64,000 bases of DNA, from assembly GCF_009914755.1 (NCBI RefSeq), contig NC_060942.1. One strand, 5' to 3'. The notes below the pieces were generated by a model. That model was not told the origin of the DNA. It did no database searches and saw only the letters and a list, made by a program, of their open reading frames with translations. A program made the position numbers and the translations under genes. The first letter of the stretch is position 1; each line of letters opens with the position of its first letter. This DNA is from the human T2T-CHM13v2.0 reference genome, Homo sapiens. This document shows, one piece after another, positions 1 through 18,443 of the stretch.

Positions 1-915
1 GTTTTGCTTTTTCTTACATTATTTCTAACTAGGTAATTTATTTCAAAAAGTGTGGGCCTTGCAAATACCAGCCAAGAGGCACTGATGCCGTGTCTGTAGA
101 GAATCCCAGTGGTAATCTCATGTCTTAAAAAGTTTTCCAACATCATGGGAGTAAACTACTTCTTTTTGGGTAGGTTCTCCACACTTCTACTCCAGAGACT
201 GTTCAGCTTTTGAGTTTCTCAGTTAGACCTCAAATGGCCTGGAGGTGAGTACTGATGGACAGCTGCAGCAAGGAGCTTAACGCTTTCTGTGTCTTTGGAA
301 GAATTTCTGCAGAGAAGCTGGGTTAAACTCAAGCCAAAGGTCCAGTCAGCCTGGGCCTGGAACAAAAAAATTCCTCACAGGGGTTTTAGCCTTGGAGGTA
401 ATCTTTCAGGTAGTCATAGGCAGTTTAGTAAAATTGAAGAGGCTATTAAACTCACTGGTGTGCTTCCTAAGGGTTCCTTGGCCATGCAGTGATTCTGTTT
501 TGGATGAAAGGCAAGTGTTCTAGAATATTTAAATTAGCCTGACCTCCCAGAGTAAGCTGCAGATGAAGGCATTTTAGGAAATTTCATTAAAGTGGGAATT
601 AACTTCAGGTTCATGATAGGGTTGAGGCATTTATGAAACCATGTTCACATACATCCTGCAAAGTTTGCAGTTTTCTGGGATAAGGGGCATATGACTTCTA
701 AGAAAAATAATAATTAACCTGCTTTTCAAATTGAAAGTTATGTTTTTAAGGGATATGCAACATTATGTTTATTTGTATAATAATTGGATGTCGAATTAAT
801 ATTCAAATACTTGAATAATTTATTTGGATAATGTTTAAAAACCCATAGACTTGTTCATGATTATCTGGGTGACCTCTTTATGTCCCATTACTACTATTCA
901 GTTTTAGCTTCTGTG

Positions 916-1541
<626 letters not shown>

Positions 1542-1839
1542 TAAACAATTGAACTAATGCTCACTGATCATTTAAAGTGATGCTATGTAACTTGAAGGTA
1601 GTATTTCCCACACTAGGTATAGAGAACAGCAGTACTCTACATTGGCCTGTGAATTCTCAGGTATGAAAATAACTGCTCTAGAGATTGATTAATTAGCTCA
1701 ATAATTGTTTTAAAAGTTGACTATGTCACCCCAATTGTTTCTATTATTGAAATACAAATATGAACAAGGTCCAGTCTTTGTTCTCAAGGAGTTTATGTTC
1801 TAATGGGGCAGAGGGATGAAAAACCAATGTTTGGGATAT

Positions 1840-2170
1840 AATAGTTCCCCTCTATTCTCGAGGGAGACGTTCCAAGACCCCCAGTGAATGCCTGCAACTG
1901 TGGATAGTACCCAAACACATATATACTATGTTTTCTCCTACACATACATTACATACTTATGAAAAAGTTTAATTTATAAATTAGACACAGTAAAGGATTA
2001 ACAATAAATAAAAGTAAAATAGAACAATTATAACAATATGCTGTAATAAAAGTTATGTTAATGTGTTTCCAAAATATCTCATTGTACTATATCACCTGTT
2101 TTTGGACCAGGGTTGACTGCAAGTAACTGAAACTGAGGGAAGCAGAGCCATGGATAAGGTGAGACTACTG
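1840..2170 (+). mobile_element. MER44/Tigger7-type DNA transposon fossil
   Basis: GTTCCAAGACCCCCAGTGAATGCCTG near the start and a terminal-inverted-repeat-like end ATGGATAAGGTGAGACTACTG-TA, matching recalled consensus. Confidence 0.7.
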
Positions 2171-2420
2171 TATTTGGGAATTACAGCAGGGTAGTAAGGA
2201 AATCCAGAAATGAACTATGAAGGAGGGTCATCTGCTCAGTTTAGGGCGGGCAGAGAGAGACATGGGAGGGCTTCTCCTAGATTCTCCTAGAAGTGTTACT
2301 AGCATGAGCTGAGAGCAATGCATACGTGAGTGACTCAGAGCAGAGCAGGCATGGGGCGGAGAAAACTGTGTGCAAAGCCACAGAGGCATGAAGAGCCCGG
2401 TGCACTGGGAAAGGATTCTC

Positions 2421-2708
2421 TTTTTTTTGAGACAGAGTCTTGCTCTGTCACCTAGGCTGGAGTGCAGTGGCTCAATCTCAGCTAATTGCAACCTCCACCT
2501 CTTGGGTTCAAGCAATTCTGATGCCTCAGCCTCCCAACATACCTAGGATTACAGGTGTGCACCATCATGCCTATTTTTTTTGTTTTAAAGTAGAGACAGG
2601 GTTTCGCCATGTTGCTCAGGCTGATCTCGAACTCCTGGCCTCAAGTGATCTGACTGCCTTGGCCTCCCAAAGAACTGGGATTACATGTGTAAACCGCCAT
2701 GCCTGGCC
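2421..2708 (-). mobile_element. Alu
   Basis: Antisense Alu dimer. Confidence 0.92.
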
Positions 2709-2869
2709 ATCAGGGATTCTATTTGGATGAAATCTCGGGGAGGTCATATAGGTAGATTGGGAGGGAAAGTGGAAGACAAAGCCAAGGGCTGGGTGATGAA
2801 GGATTTAAGAAGTTTGTAAATGGTGGAACACTGATGAATAATCTCAGACACAAGACTGGCTGGATCAAA

Positions 2870-3177
<308 letters not shown>

Positions 3178-3439
3178 TTAGGGTCAAATTTTTAATCTAG
3201 GAAGATAATTTAGAGCAATATGGAAGATGGATTCTTGAGTCATGAAGATGAGTTAAGAAATTGTTATTTGTTTTTAAATGTTTTCAAAGACAATAGAATA
3301 AAAATAGAAATAAATATTCTTGTGAGAAATGGGGAGATGGAGGGATGGGAGTTGATAATTGGTGTGAAATCAGCAAACTAAAAAGGAGTAATTTTAGAAG
3401 GACACAGCTGAGTCAGCTTGTCTTGATTTCAAGTCTTTT

Positions 3440-3860
3440 ATTGGGGCTCTGGATCAAAATTAAGTTCAGCTGTGACTGATTGAAAGCACCAACTAACAAA
3501 TCCTAAACAAGAGCCACTTTCCCATGAATGTAGGTTTGTCTAGGGCTCCATGGTTGCTCCATACCATCCTTAGAGACCCAGATTTTTCCATTTTGTTACT
3601 CCAGCATCCTCAGCACAGCGTCTACGTTACAGGCAGGATGGCTATTCCAGCTCCACCTTCATATGCTCAGCCTGGAGGAAGAGAGTGGAGGGGGCCTACC
3701 TCCTGTCTTTAAGGCCCTCTCCTAGCCTTAGTACTTTCCACTTTTACTTAAACCCTGTGCTCTAGCATTTAGCCTAAAGGTCATACTTACCTACAAGCAA
3801 GCTTGCAAAGCAGTTTTAATTCTGGTTGTCTATACACCCAGCTAAAACATAGGAGCTGCA
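3440..3860 (-). mobile_element. Old MaLR LTR (MLT1J/K-like), approximate
   Basis: Diverged similarity to recalled MLT1J/K consensus (GACCCAG..., CAGGATGGCT..CCAGCTCCA). Confidence 0.4.
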
Positions 3861-3864
3861 TTAC

Positions 3865-4137
3865 AGTTTTCTAACTGACAAATCATTATTATATGCATTT
3901 CTAGGGTACAATGTGTTGTTCTGATATATGTATTCGATGTGGCATGATTAAATCAAACCAATTCACATATCCATCACCTTGATTACTGATTTTTTTTCTT
4001 ACAGTGAGACATTTGAAATGTACTCTCTTAGGTATTTTGAAATAGATAATACATTATTATTGACTATAATCAGTGTATTGTCCAATAGATCTCAAAACCT
4101 ATTCTTCCTTTCTATCTGAAACTTTATACCCTTTGAT
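3865..4137 (-). mobile_element. L1MA-type 3' end fragment
   Basis: Antisense L1 3'UTR motifs (GGGTACAATGTG, ATATCCATCACC, AATAGATCTC...GAAACTTT). Confidence 0.7.
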
Positions 4138-4195
4138 GGGACATGAGGAACAAATGGCAGTTTTTATCACAGTCCCTCAGTAGCATTTAAATTTG

Positions 4196-4513
<318 letters not shown>

Positions 4514-4602
4514 TAAATTTTAAAAAAGAATAGGCCTTGTATATATCTTGTTAGGTTTATCACTAGATCTTTCATCTTTTTTTGCTGCTGTTGCAGAAGT
4601 GA

Positions 4603-4953
<351 letters not shown>

Positions 4954-5296
4954 TAAATGACTTTTAAAAAAATTAATTCTATGTCTTTTCTTATTGCTTG
5001 TGATAATTCTTAGTCAGTTCTGTCAGTTCTCTAGGTTTTATTTGTATACAAGCCCATCATCGGAAGATAATTTTGAATGTAATTTATTTAAAATTTTTAT
5101 ATTTTATATTTCATTCACTTGCCTACTTTCATTGGTTAATAACTCCAGGACAATTTTAGTAATATTTATACTACTGATATCCTTGCTTCTTTTTTTAATG
5201 CATTAATTTATTTTTTAATTGGCAAATTAAAATTATATATTTATAGTACACACGTTTTGAAATATGTACACATTGTAGAATGATTAAATTGAGCTA

Positions 5297-5704
<408 letters not shown>

Positions 5705-6082
5705 CTATTGTGAATAGTGCTGTAGTGAACTTGGGGGTGCAGACATCTCTATGACAGACTGATATGGATGTACTCCCAGTAGTGGGATTGCTGGATCAGA
5801 TGGTAGCTCTGATTTTAATTCTAATTTTTTAATGAGCTTCCATACTGTTTTCCATAATGGCTATGCTAATTTACATTCCCATTAACAGTGTACAGGAGTT
5901 CCCCTTTCTCCGCATCCTTGCCAACATTTATCTTTTGATTTTCAAGTAATGGCCCTTCTTACAGGTGTGAGATGGTATCTCATTGTGGTTCTAATTTGGA
6001 TTTCTCTGATGATTAGTGAGATTGAGCATTTTTCATACATCTGTTGGTCATTTCTATGTCTTCCTTTGAAAAATGTCTATTC

Positions 6083-6408
<326 letters not shown>

Positions 6409-6577
6409 TCAGGACCTCTGCCTATTTTTTAAGGAGGTGGTATTATTGCTATGAGTTGCTTGAGTTCCTACTTTGTTCTTCATTCCCACCTTGTTAGTGG
6501 GTCTTCAGGTCAGAGAAAGAATGTGCTAGATGACTAGACACAAAAGTGCATGAAGTCAAGGGGATATGTTGACTCCT

Positions 6578-6690
6578 TTAATCCTTACAAGACTCTTGAG
6601 GAAACAGGCACAGAGAGGTTCAGAACTCCTTCAGGGTCACATAGCTAGTGAGGGAGAGCTAGGATTTGAACACACATTCCTAACTCCTTC
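6578..6690 (-). mobile_element. MIR fragment
   Basis: GAGGAAACAGGCACAGAGAGGTT...GGTCACATAGCTAGTGAG core. Confidence 0.7.
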
Positions 6691-7630
6691 ATTGCTGACA
6701 CCCCTTGTCCTGAAGTGCAAAGTATGTGTTATTAACTACCATTATTATCACCTTGATCTGAAGAGAATGTAGACAGCTCAAGTTTCTCTTCTTGATTGTA
6801 AGAATAATCTTTCCACAGGAAACTGATTCTAACTCCCAAATATCTCCCCCTTGCATTTGCTTATTTCTCTGTCAGTCATCGGGCAACACTGCAGTCCAGG
6901 CTACCATTATTTCTGACCAGGATTGCAACAGAACGCTCTCACTCTCCATCCTGCCTCCAATCCTGCCTCATCCCATCCTTGCCCCAGGGTGCAGACAGCC
7001 ATCTTGCTAGCCTGATTTCATTTGCCTAATTAATCAAGCACCAACAGACAATCAATAAATAATTATGAAATGAACGAATGAAATGTAAGGCTTCATTGGC
7101 CATATTCCCTCCATGTAAGCAGTGCGTGAATGAACACTACCACATTCCACTGTCTCATTTTTCCCCCAGCTTCCTTTGCTCACAGTTCCTCTTTTAAGCA
7201 GTTAATTCTTTCAATATTTTTTTCAATCCATCAAGTGATGCCATGCGACTTAAAAAGTACAATCAAGAGTAATAATAATAGCGTGGTTTAACTGGGTGAG
7301 GGTACTTTATACTCTTCCTTTTCAAATTGCACTACAACTTTAAGTAAATGACTATTCTTAATACTGGTTTTAATTTCACATGGCGAGATCAAAGCTGTAA
7401 TTTTTTCCTCTCAATTTTGTTGCTTAGCTAATATCTGTGAATTTTCACCATGACCATCATCATCATTGCCCTCAGCATCCTCCTCATTGTAGTCATTGCG
7501 TGTTAAAGTGAAAGTTTCAAGAATCTGACTCCTGAACCCGTGGTGCCTTGCCCAGAACCTCTCCAGTTCGCTCACTGTTAGGGGTGGAATGTTTCTGTTC
7601 CCCCGAATTCATATATTCAATCTCTAACTC

Positions 7631-7938
7631 TTTTTTTGTTGTTGTTGTTGTTTTTGAGATGGAGTCTCGCTCTGTTGCCCAGGCTGGAGTGCAGTGGCAA
7701 GATCTCGGCTCACTGCAAGCTCCACCTACTGGGTTCACGCCATTCTCCTGCCTCAGCCTCCTGAGTATCTGGGACTACAGGTGCCCGCCACCATGCCTGG
7801 CTAACTTCTTTTGTATTTTTAGTAGAGACGGGGTTTCACTCTGTTAGCCAGGATGGTCTCGATCTCCTGACCTCGTGATCTGCCCGCCTCGGCCTCCCAA
7901 AGTGCTGAGATTACAGGCATGAGCCACCGGGCCCCGCC
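7631..7938 (-). mobile_element. AluY-like
   Basis: Antisense Alu with GGGTTCACGCCATTCTCC; TSD TCAA(T/C)CTCTAACTCTT. Confidence 0.93.
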
Positions 7939-8066
7939 TCAACCTCTAACTCTTAATGTGACTGTATTTGGAGATAGGATTTTTAGGGAGGCAATTAAGG
8001 TCACATTAAGTCATAAGGGTGGGACCCTAATCTGATAGGACCACTCTCCTTAAGAGAAGAAAAAAA

Positions 8067-8444
<378 letters not shown>

Positions 8445-9416
8445 TCAGAGGAAAGGCCCTATGAGGACGGAAGTAAGAAGGCAGCTGTCTGCAAACCACA
8501 AAAAGAGGCCTCACCAGAAACCAGCCCTGGCACCTTGATCTGGGACTTCCAGCTTCCAGATCTGTGTGAAAATGGATGTCCAGCCACCAGTCTGTGGTGT
8601 TTTGTTATAGCAGCCAGAATAGACTAAGGCACTCATGGTGCTGGGAGGATCAGCAATCCAGCATCTTTCTCTTTCTTCTTCCTAGGACCCAGGGCTGTTT
8701 CCTGGAGCCTGGCATTGTAATTGCTGGGCTTGAAGGGGAGGAAAGGGACAAGAAGACAAAAATGATGCCTGGATATCCAGCACCTGGAGACCTTGGGCTT
8801 TCCAGTATTGAAGAGGGAAGAAGGTTAAGTTAATGGAGGAATGTGAAGGAAAAAAGCAGATAGTTTAGTCTGGAAACAGGAGGAAGGGCCACCCATCCTC
8901 GGACATGCTGCCCTGCGTGCAGGCTTCTCAAGACCATGGGCTGCGGCATCCCTCCCTGGGAGGGTCTCCTGAGCAAAAGACTGGCTGCAACTCTTCTTTC
9001 AGATATTTCTTCTGATTGCCTTAAAACACACACAGAGAAAGTGAGAGCTCTTGAACTGTTTAGGAACTTAAGCTTTATGTAGGTTTGATGAAACGTTTTC
9101 ATGAGTTGCAAAAAGTTGAACGATTTTTACACGAATTTTAAGTCAGGAGTGATTTTGTACAGAATACTTGGCAGTGATCCCAGAAGTTGTTTATGTTGAT
9201 TTCTAGAAGGAGATACAGAATGCCATGCTAGGTTTAAAACTCCTGAGAATGTTCAAGCAGTAATAAATGCACACGCAGAAATTAAACAGAAACACTGCTT
9301 GAAACTCAAGGTCCTTTCTGGTGGTCAGAACAGGCATCACCGGGAGATTTCAGCTGATAGACAGGCCCGACTTGATCAGCCTCAGGAAAAGCTTGCCAAA
9401 AGGCACTGAAAGTTAA

Positions 9417-9894
<478 letters not shown>

Positions 9895-10291
9895 AAGAAA
9901 TATTTTTCTAAAACCTACATTTAACTAAAAGGAATACTTTTGTTCCTCAACTGATAATTAAGACTTATTTTTTTTTCTAGAGACAGGTCCATTGTATACT
10001 ATAATTTTTCACTATACGGTTTATTTGTTGAAATTGTCTTATATAAGTCAATTGAAAGTGACTTAGTAAATCAATGTGTTTTGAACATTAAAATCAAACA
10101 AACAAAAGAACGCACAGACAGATATTCCTTTAGAGCCAGTTTTAAGCCTATGATAATATCAGTAATAAGCTTGGCTTACCAGTAAGCTTGGTTTATACTT
10201 CTAAACAAGAGGCAAAGGGAGAATTTTGCATACAAACAAGTTTCATTCAAAGGTCATAAAATGTATCTGTTTTTTCAAAGCGCAGGGTTTA

Positions 10292-10658
<367 letters not shown>

Positions 10659-12117
10659 CGGTAAAAGGAGCAGAAAGTGGAGGCTTTGTCCAAGCTCCCA
10701 CACTTACATTCACTGGGACATGAACAAATACAGATGGGGTAACAAGGAATTCCTGTCTTCTTGGTCAATCAGAGCTGCAATCATTAGTTGGGAGAAGAAA
10801 AAAAGAAGTGGACACATTTTCTTCATTCTTCATGTTCTCCCTGGATTTGACAAAGGGTGTCCCCAGACTCGCATACCTAAGGCCCTGGTCACACAGCACA
10901 TCCTGGCTTTTCAGGCCAGCCATTGACCAGGGCCACCTTTTGAATGGACAGCCACTTGGGCTCCAACTCAGTGTTTCAGGATCATCCTCCTAGCCTTCAA
11001 CTCACAACCCTTTAACCCTCCTCTTAGCTTTAGGCTCCAATTCTAAAAAACTTTAAGCCACCACCTAAAGACATACATGTGGACTAGGTCTTCAACATGT
11101 TTTCATGTAAAGTCGAGAAAATGGGAGCTTGTCCCTGAAAGGTAAGGTTGGGGTCTCTGGAGCCTATAAAATTCTATTGGTAAAGCAGTAATGATCATTC
11201 CTTTTTCTCAAGAGCTCTAGGAACTCAGGGTTGTCTCTGGTGTTTTCTACCCAAACTCCATCAGGGTCTTGAGTTATTCACCACGGTCCCTGGTTGTTCT
11301 AGATTTGGCAGCAGATTGCCTCAGATATGTGGGAACCAAGGAACTTTCCAGAGTCTATGGATGCTGATGTGAGTTTCCTCCCATCCTCTGCTTGGCATCT
11401 CTTCTATCCGTCTAGACTGAGCCCCTGCCATCGGGGCAGGATGGATTGCACTCGTGTTGGTGTCAGGGGTGCCTCGCATTGGTGTTAGGGGTGCAAAGGT
11501 CGCTGCTGCCCAGCCTGCAGTGGTTGATTTCTCCCACAGAAATATTCAATAGGCGTCACTGACTGAGCCTTTCAGTGCTGCTCTCCTAGACAACTAAAGG
11601 GCTGCAAGAACTTTTTTTCCTTGGAGTTGCCAGAGAGCAAATCCTGCACTTCTTTTATCTCTTGACATCATTTCCTAATCAGGTTTAGCTTCATTTTGTG
11701 CCCAGGCTTTGAATAAAAATAGCACACTTGCTAGTGCTCTGCAGGCTTTGTGTGTGTGTGTGGGAAAAAAAAGTTTATTAGAAAAAACGAGTTGTTTCCA
11801 AATTCAATTAAGATGGTATGTTAGCTGCCAAGTATATATCTTAGATTAACTGAAAAATGGCATTTGTTTCAGTCAAGATATTGAAACATTCACAAATCCC
11901 TCATTTAAAGACACCAAACTACTTAAAACTTTAACTCATTCATTAACACATTGCTTCTCATAAATATGTGAACTAAAGTATATGAATGAAAGTGGCTTTT
12001 CAAATATGCAAAGAATATTATATTGGTTTTCAGCAGATGTGAGCAATACAAGTTGGTCTAACTAGAAAAAAAGAGAAGTTTAGGGGGCAGAATGGTTTTG
12101 TACCTACCATAGTATAA

Positions 12118-12456
<339 letters not shown>

Positions 12457-13400
12457 TAGTAGACATGCCTCATGAGCTCTTGGAATGCTAATTAAAATCT
12501 AGTCAAAAAGGAATTGAAATAGAAAAATATTATCTTCTGAAAATACCATTTAAAAGTTTTTAGTTCATATGTCTTGTTTTGTGTATTTATGTGCATATTT
12601 TTATTTGCAAAACAGCCAGAGATCAATCCAGTATTCAGCGTTGCAAAGTATGTGGGTGAAATTAATGAAAGGATTAATGAAAGCTATTGCTATAAAGTTT
12701 ACATATATGAAAACAAAGTCATGTTTCTAAGTCACATGTAAAGACAATCATGATAAATACATTTAAAAATCAGCAACCAATTCTAAATTAGCTAATTTCA
12801 AGGTTAAGAAGTGATGTAGCAGAACTTAGAGCACCCCAAAATAAAATTATTTTCACTTTACTTTCAAATTTTAATACATTTAATGAGTTGCCTAATCAAG
12901 TCAAGCAGAATAATAAACATTGAGCAGAAAAAGTACACCTGTTACTAGAATACTTATTAGTCTGTATTCAGAGTACTTATAAAATAGAAAGCTGAAAGCA
13001 TCAGGGTAACAACTCAGCTTCATTTTGTTATTTTTCCCTGCTTAGGTCTTCAGCAAACTCTTCAACAAAGCAGTCAGGCTGAGGAGGTGAGCCTCTCCCT
13101 AGAGGGTGACTCAGGCTGGCGAAGCTCCTGCCCAGGTAACCACACCCCGCAGGAGGCGGGTCTCATCCTGGGCGATGGGGAGCAGGAGGTGATGGTGGTG
13201 GTGGTATTTGAAGTGGTGCTTCATTCCACTCCAGGTGTGACAGTGACAGTGATGGTGACAGTGAAGCAAGGGTAGAAGCGTGTTTTATAATCAGGGCTGC
13301 CAGGTGATCAGGGAACGGGGAGGGAGTCAGGGCTGTACAGGGCGGTAGCAGTGAGAAAGGCAAGGGCTTAGGCCGAGGCGGATTTAAAGGAGAACAACCA

Positions 13401-13721
13401 GGCCAGGCCAGATGGCTCACATCTGTGATCCCAGCACTTTGGGAGGCTGACGCGGGAGTATTGCTTGAGGCCGGGAGTTCAGCCCAGGCAACGTAGTAAG
13501 ACCTATCTCTACCAAAAAAAAAAAAAAAAAAAAAAAAATTGGCAGGTGCAATGGTGTGGCCTGTAGTCCCAGCTACTTGGGAGGCTGAGGCAGGAGGATT
13601 ACTTGAACCCAGGAGGTCAAGCCTGCAGTGAGCTATGATCACGCTACTGTACTCCAGCCTGGGCAGCAAAGCAAGAGCCTGTCTAAAAAAAAATAAGATA
13701 AAACAAAAGAAAGAAACAAAC
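13401..13721 (+). mobile_element. Alu (AluJ-like)
   Basis: Dimer with J-type GGAGGTCAAGCCTGCAGTGAGCTATGATC. Confidence 0.9.
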
Positions 13722-14310
13722 ACCAGAAGGCACTCTCAGGCACAGCCTTCCAGTGTGACCTAGTTAGTGCTGGGCTGTGGGATGTGAGGGGCGGAGGCTC
13801 GGCACAGCCCTCGGAGACTCCAATACTGTAGTTTCTCCTCTCTTCACTTTCATTTGTTTTAGCTGCGTTCAGCTATGCAATGATGATCAGACAATGACGG
13901 CCAGACCTACCCTACACACGATGCTCCTGGTGACAGGCACATGCTGCTTCCTTCTTGAGTATTTGATTCGACTAATATTTATGAAGCATTTATCAGCGCA
14001 TGGCATCACGGTGTAGGCAAAAATATATGTGATGCACATTCACTGAGAGCTTGCTTTACATAGAACAGGAATTGGAAGTTTGCAACCTGCGAAAATTACT
14101 TTTTCTGGTTGCAAAAAATGTATGTGTACTATGAGAAAGTATATTATCTCTGAAAGAAATTCAAACGTACAAAATATAGAAAATAAAAAAGTAGAACTAA
14201 TCCCATAATCTCTCCCTCCGGATGTAGCCGCAGTTAGAATTTATCTTCAAAACTTTTTAAATATCCTTAAGTCTCTGGGAGTGTTTTATTTTTGAAAATT
14301 AAGATAACAG

Positions 14311-14640
<330 letters not shown>

Positions 14641-15610
14641 AAAATAATAATACTACTAATAAAAGACAATTAAGAGAACATTAAAATTATACAGTATATG
14701 AAAGTATTGGAATACTGGTTAAAGAAAATAATCTCAAAAACCTTCCCCAATTTTATTTTGTTATTTCATTAAAATGATTTTATTTTACTGGAAAAAATGT
14801 TATTGGTCAATTCATCGATGAAAGTCCCATGGAGCGGAGGCTCGCGAGATGTCAGAGGTGACACCTGCTGTCCTGCTACCGTGGAGCTGTTGCCTGAGCT
14901 GAGTTCTGGAGACTCTGCTGGCCCCACCTTCCTCTGAGATTACGGATTCAGGTTCAATGCAACACAGTGCAACATATCTTTCTAGAACACGACTCTGCCC
15001 AGGACCCTTAAGCTTGAAATTGAAGAGCTAATTTTCCCCAGACAAATAAAGCAAATACTTGACGTGATAGCATCTCATTTCCTGCAGGTCTGAGAGATGG
15101 ATCGTGATGCTGGGATCTAAAGGCAACACACTTATCAGAGGAGGCAATGTGTTTGCTCATCCATTGAGTTGGCTAAAAAGGATGCTTAGGATACAAGGGG
15201 TGCGTTTACTCAAGATGCTATCTAAGTAATTGTCTATTGGTAATAAAAAAATAGCTAGAAAGAAATTAAAATTAATTCCTCCAGGAATATCTTTGGTCTG
15301 AGAGCAATAAATGTGTCAAATTACCATCTGTAGTACAAATGTCAGCGATCTGTTTGTACTGTTATTGGTGGATACTATAATTCCCAGACCCAAGTAGAAA
15401 TAGGGATTTTGCAGCTGGCTAGGTGCAATGTATTTAAATTTGTTTTGGGGGTTAATCTGGAGAATAGGTGTATTGTTCTTTGTAAAACAATTTAATGGTA
15501 ATAGGCAAAATGGCAGTGATAAAGTAAGGAACACAAGAGGACACAAATAAAAATAGGGAGACCTCAGTCAGGCATCTTTGCTGGGATGACTCCACATTAC
15601 AAGTATAGAG

Positions 15611-15612
<2 letters not shown>

Positions 15613-15663
<51 letters not shown>
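15613..15663. repeat. (AC)n microsatellite, about 25 units
   Basis: Uninterrupted AC run. Confidence 0.98.
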
Positions 15664-15667
<4 letters not shown>

Positions 15668-17264
15668 TGCCTGATGTGGCAAAGAAAAATCCAGAACGTC
15701 CTTCCCTCTCTGAATTGTTCCTCCTATGTGCTCCCTGGGCTCTCATCACTCTGTCTGACCCTGTTCAGTTCTCTTCATCCGTCAATGGACTGTAAGTTCA
15801 TTCCACCAGTTTATCCCCAGTGTGTTTCACTGCGCCTGGCTTAAGTCAGATATTCAGTTAATATCTGTTGACTGAATGGATGAAAGAGTGAGTGGCACAG
15901 AAAACACACTCACGCTTGAGGATCGCACAGCCGTGTGAAGCTGACTGTGGATTGCACTGAAGAACGAGGCTGGGATAGTAGAGATGCCCAAAGGAGGAGA
16001 CTGTGAAGGCAAGCCTGGATTCTGCCCTGCAGCCCCTAGATACCAGGGCTGGTCCTGGGCACAGGAGAGACAGGTGAGCATTGATGTTTCAGAAAGAATA
16101 TTCTTCCAGCAGCATGAAGGGCAGCTTATGGATAGGTGAGGCGGGAGGCACGTGGGAGATGAGACAGAAGGGTTTGTGCTTTATAATCTGAGTTGGAAGT
16201 GTGGGTGTTTCTTCTCTGTGGTCTGTGGGTTTCAGTATTAGTTATATTCTGCAGTTGAAGATGACAGTGATTTAGAGCAGGGTTGACCCTAAGTCTCCCC
16301 TGCCACCTCCCACACCAGAGCCATATTGTCACTGCTATGACCCCGACCATAGGAGGGGCAGAAAGACTTCGCAGGGTCTCAGCTGAAGGAGGTTTTGGGT
16401 GGAAGCGGCCAGAAGGCACCTGTGTTAGAGCAGTTAATCATTAAAAACACACACTAATGCTCCCTTAGAATATAAATGGTGTATGTTAGTGTGAACAGCT
16501 AGGAGGGCAGAGGGTGAGTTACCTGAAGAAGAGGAGGACACTGAGGAAAGAGCTGTGACCCCAGTGACTGAGAAAAAAGGTGCCGAGACAGCTGCGGCCG
16601 GCAGAGCCCGCGGGTTCTAAGATTCCTCTCCACTCAGTTGCTAACTCCTGCCCCACTCCCCACCTCCCACAACAAGAAAACATTCTTCAAGAGTAGCTGG
16701 TGCCTGTGATTTCTTTCATAAGAAGCAGAGTCTTTAATTCTGCATTGGAGATTAGAGGTTTACTCTAAAAGGTCAGCTCAGGAGACTCTTGAAAACAGCT
16801 CCAATCTAAATGCAACCAGTTCATAAATTCCTGTCCTATGGAGATAAGTTATCGCAGCAAATCCAACCACAGGCAGTACAGCTCCTGAATCATCAGGGAG
16901 AATTAAAAGGAGATGATGAAATGGGTAGCTTTTAGATTAATACAACGGTATAAAACCCAGGGAATGAGAGAATCTTGAGACTGTTATTTTCTGTATCTGC
17001 CATGACAAACGTTCCTTAATTCTTTAAACACTCATTAAAGAAATGAAAATTACTTTCTCATTCTCTAAAAACAATTAACAAACTTGTAGAGGGGAGAGAG
17101 TCTGGGGGAATGGGAATTGAAGATGAAGGGATGGGGGAAACGTCCGCTGGAGAAAAGCGAGAGACACACGTTTTACCAGAAATTGAGCGCTTAGGATTTT
17201 TGGCATTGCTGTTATGAAGACAGGAAGTTCTGATGGACATTTATTAGGATTGCCAGATAGAACA

Positions 17265-17350
17265 CAGGACGCTCAGTTAAATTTGAATTTCAATTAAACA
17301 ACCAATAGTACATGAGACAGTTGCATTCCATATATTTCTTGGGACTAAAA
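17265..17350. mobile_element. MER53-like hAT fragment
   Basis: AGGATTGCCAGATAGAACACAGGACGCTCAGTTAAATTTGAATTTCA matches recalled consensus. Confidence 0.6.
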
Positions 17351-17390
17351 ACATCATTCCCTTCCAGGAGAGAGTGATGTTGCACCATAG

Positions 17391-17585
17391 CAGGGGTTAG
17401 CAAACTATGACCTGTGGGCCAAATCCAATCCTCTTCCTGTTTTTGTAAATAAAGTTATATTGCAACACGGCCTGCTCATTCATTTAAATATTGTTCATGG
17501 CTATTTTCACAGCATAACAGCAAAATTGAATAGTTGTGAGTCAGACCGCATAGTCTTCAAAGCCTGAAATAATTACTTTCTATTC
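17391..17585. mobile_element. MER58A-type hAT-Charlie fossil
   Basis: CAGGGGTTAGCAAACTATGACCTGTGGGCCAAATCC...GTTTTTGTAAATAAAGTT. Confidence 0.8.
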
Positions 17586-17732
17586 TAGTGGAAATCAGGA
17601 GTTTTCTAGGTATAGAAGTTTAGGAAAAAACTGTTTCTGGTCCTGAGGTTTCAGAAAACATGACAAATAGGAGGATGCAGGAAGTTTGGTGAGTGGGGAG
17701 AATTATAAGCAGGAAATTTAAGTGGGGATCAG

Positions 17733-17873
17733 CTTTTTTTGTGTGTCTGAGACAGATTCTTGTTCTGCCACCCAGGCTGAAGTACAGTGGTGAGATTATG
17801 GCTCACTGTAGCCTCGACCTCCCAGGCTCAAGCAGTCCTCCCACCTTAGCCTCCCAAAGTGCTGGGATTACAG
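17733..17873 (-). mobile_element. Alu fragment (monomer-length, J-like)
   Basis: Right-arm start fused to CCTCCCAAAGTGCTGGGATTACAG. Confidence 0.85.
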
Positions 17874-18108
17874 ACAATGAGGCACTGTGAGTGGTGGGGT
17901 CAACTTTGGAAGGGTTTTGTAAACCATTTTAAGGAATACCTTTGCTCTTTCTGTTTAATCTTCCTAGAATAGTTTTCCTCTCAACATGCCTGTTAAAATC
18001 TTATCCGTTCTTTGAAGCAAGCTTTAATCTCACCTTGAGCATAAGATTTTTGGTAAGAATATTTTTGCTCATTGTTCTTTTTATTTATCAGTGCAATAGT
18101 ACTTATAG

Positions 18109-18443
<335 letters not shown>

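Noticed and set aside
11451-11494. 22-bp tandem duplication (also a 16-bp one near 47750-47781)
   Set aside because: Ordinary slippage duplications with no sign of function
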